This document shows, one piece after another, positions 62,104 through 64,000 of a stretch of 64,000 bases of DNA. Position 1 is the first letter of the stretch. Every line of letters begins with the position of its first letter. This DNA comes from Verrucomicrobiia bacterium. GTDB taxonomy: Bacteria > Verrucomicrobiota > Verrucomicrobiia > Limisphaerales > UBA1319. The stretch lies in NCBI GenBank assembly GCA_963664225.1, contig OY760937.1, positions 3,328,001-3,392,000 of the forward strand, read 5' to 3'. The position numbers were made by a program, and so were the translations under genes. A model generated the notes under the pieces. The model worked only from the letters and a program-made list of their open reading frames with translations, was not told the origin of the DNA and did no database searches.

Positions 62104-62416
62104 AATCAGTGTCGTTAAGTTCGTTTTTGTTAGTACGGAACACCCGGCCCTTAGTCAATGGCCAATTCACCGAGTTCCACCAGTGCCACCACTTGGGCGG
62201 TGTCCTTATGTGTGCGATACTGCCGGATGGGGTGGGACATCCGCTGTCCACGCTCCCGGATTCCTTTTGCGCACAGCCCCATCATCCTGCAGCACCGGTC
62301 CCGTTTTGCAAGCCTGACCGCAGTGCATCGAAAGCTCGAACACCCGCCCTCACCCTATGAAATCCCGATTTCCGACCGCTTCGTGAAGGATTGCGCGAAG
62401 GCGGCATTATATTAGG

Positions 62417-62980
62417 ATGTGGCCGATGAAAGTATTGGGCGGATTAACTTGGATGGGGGTGGCGCTGGCTGTTGGCCTGGCGCTGAGCGCGCAGGCGACC
62501 CTCTTCATTCCACTGGGGCTTGCGGATCTGGCCAAAAAAGCCGATCTCGTGGTGCATGGCGTGGTTCTTGCAAAGCAGTGCGAGGCCGACAGCCAGGGGC
62601 GGATTTTCACCAAGGTGGAATTGCAGGTGATCGAGGTATGGAAGGGCGAGGTCAAAGGCAGCCCGTTGACCGTCGTTCATGGCGGCGGTGAACTGAACGG
62701 CCGACGCTCGATGGTGACCGGCCAGGTGGATTATCAGCCGGGTCAGGAGACGGTGGCTTTTCTGGTGCGCAACGCGCGCGGAGAGGCGGTGACGCTCGGT
62801 CTGGCGCAGGGGCAATTCCAGGTCTGGAAAGACGCGGTCACAGGCGAGAAGTTGGCGCGCAATATTTTTCTGGGCGGCGGTTCTTCAACCAATGGCTCCA
62901 TTCAAAAACTGGATGGCGGCGGGAACACGCGGTTGACGCTCGACAGCCTCAAACGCCAGGTCAAGGAGTCTGCGCAATGA
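62417..62980 (+). CDS. Secreted hypothetical protein partnered with the matrixin
   Basis: Signal peptide; ADLVVHG.V, W/LKG, GG, VAFL, GLAQG; ATGA overlap with the next gene. Confidence 0.8.
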   Translation: MWPMKVLGGLTWMGVALAVGLALSAQATLFIPLGLADLAKKADLVVHGVVLAKQCEADSQGRIFTKVELQVIEVWKGEVKGSPLTVVHGGGELNGRRSMVTGQVDYQPGQETVAFLVRNARGEAVTLGLAQGQFQVWKDAVTGEKLARNIFLGGGSSTNGSIQKLDGGGNTRLTLDSLKRQVKESAQ

Positions 62981-64000
62981 AAAGGTTTCTGCCTCAGCTT
63001 GGTTTCTGGCTTCTGAGTTTGGCGACGGCCAATGCGTTCGTGGCCGAATATGACCCCAGTGGGCATGTGCGACGGTGGAACTTCGCCGCGCCGGATGGGT
63101 GGGCCAGCACGAATGTTCTCAATCCCACGACCAAGGCGATTCGTTTCCAACTCGCCATGGATGCCTATTCCACCGCGCACCGGGATGCCGAGTTGAACGC
63201 GCTCCGGGCCGCCTTCACCGAGTGGCAGGTCATTCCGGGCACGATTGTCAAGTTCGAGGAAGGCGCGATCGCGCCTGTGGGCATGGATGTCAATACCTTG
63301 GACAACACCAATGTGGTTTATTGGGCCAGGCGAGGCACGGCGAATAACGGCTACGACAATCTCTTTGGCGCGCTGGCGGTGACCTTCTGGGACACTTTCA
63401 CGGAGGACAACACCATCGCCGAGGCGGACATCGCGTTTAACGGGGACTACAAATGGTCCGCGGCCTTTCTGCCCAGCGGCAATGCCTATTCGATCACGGC
63501 GGTGATGGCCCATGAAATCGGGCATCTGCTTGGACTGGCGCATTCGCCGGTGGGCGCGGCCTGCATGATGGCGCGGGCTGAAAGTGGCGCGGCGCGGCTT
63601 GAGGGCCTGGCGAGCGACGATATCGCGGGCGCGCGGTTTTTGTATCCCACAGCGGCCATGAGCAGTTCCGCGTCACGATTGAGCGGAAAGGTCACGCTGA
63701 ATGGCGCGGGGGTGTTTGGCGCGGCAGTCATGGCGGAGGACGCCACCGGCAACATCCTGCAGGGAACCGTTTCCCAGACAAACGGCAACTACTCCATGTT
63801 CGCGCTTCCAGCCGGCACCTACCAGGTGCGGGTCACGCCATTGGACCCGGCCTATGGCGGGCATTTGCTCACGGGTTACGATATTTCGGGCGCGTTTGGG
63901 GGAATTACGACGAGCTTCCTGCCCGCCACACCCGTGGCCACCACCGTGTCCAGTGGAGCCAATGCCGTCAAAGACTTTGCGGTCACGGGCGAGGAACCCG
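62977..64000 (+). CDS. Matrixin-family (metzincin) metalloprotease with carboxypeptidase-regulatory-like domain, 3'-truncated; absent from ORF track
   Basis: MKRFLPQLG... signal peptide; in-frame HEIGHLLGLAHS at 63511 followed by a Met-turn-like CMM. Confidence 0.88.
   Translation, partial: MKRFLPQLGFWLLSLATANAFVAEYDPSGHVRRWNFAAPDGWASTNVLNPTTKAIRFQLAMDAYSTAHRDAELNALRAAFTEWQVIPGTIVKFEEGAIAPVGMDVNTLDNTNVVYWARRGTANNGYDNLFGALAVTFWDTFTEDNTIAEADIAFNGDYKWSAAFLPSGNAYSITAVMAHEIGHLLGLAHSPVGAACMMARAESGAARLEGLASDDIAGARFLYPTAAMSSSASRLSGKVTLNGAGVFGAAVMAEDATGNILQGTVSQTNGNYSMFALPAGTYQVRVTPLDPAYGGHLLTGYDISGAFGGITTSFLPATPVATTVSSGANAVKDFAVTGEEP

Noticed and set aside
62128..62142. Possible Verrucomicrobia LexA box upstream of recA (TGTTC-cgtac-TAACA on the minus strand)
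   Set aside because: The spacer is 5 nt rather than 4 and one half-site mismatches.

Overview
Bacterial chromosomal window, GC-rich, most consistent with a Verrucomicrobiota (Pedosphaerales-like) organism. This is inferred from the PEP-CTERM protein, the membrane-extended ECF sigma factors and the C-terminal RFYR-type sorting domain. It holds an anaerobic HdrA-MvhDGA [NiFe]-hydrogenase cluster (5'-truncated), an SxtK/I/J-like carbamoyltransferase triad, two secreted glycoside hydrolases and a TetR-cupin-qNor operon with an FNR/DNR-type box. Housekeeping genes include rnhA, fabH-plsX-rpmF-yceD-coaD, glnB-glnA, can, rfbA, argS, an Hsp70, aroC, rnc, metX-metY and recA, plus tRNA-His and tRNA-Glu. 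There are also two paralogous ECF sigma factors with a shared upstream motif, a ~2850-aa four-module surface protein and a degenerate integron-cassette-like cluster. The most striking element is a 1738-bp insertion sequence downstream of glnA. It has perfect 15-bp terminal inverted repeats and an 18-bp target duplication that is itself a hairpin. Its small AbrB-like ORF appears to be fused to an IS4/IS701-like DDE transposase by a -1 frameshift (A8 slippery run plus an 8-bp downstream hairpin). Two 5' leaders (the APC-USP transporter and metY) look like candidate unclassified cis-regulatory RNAs.
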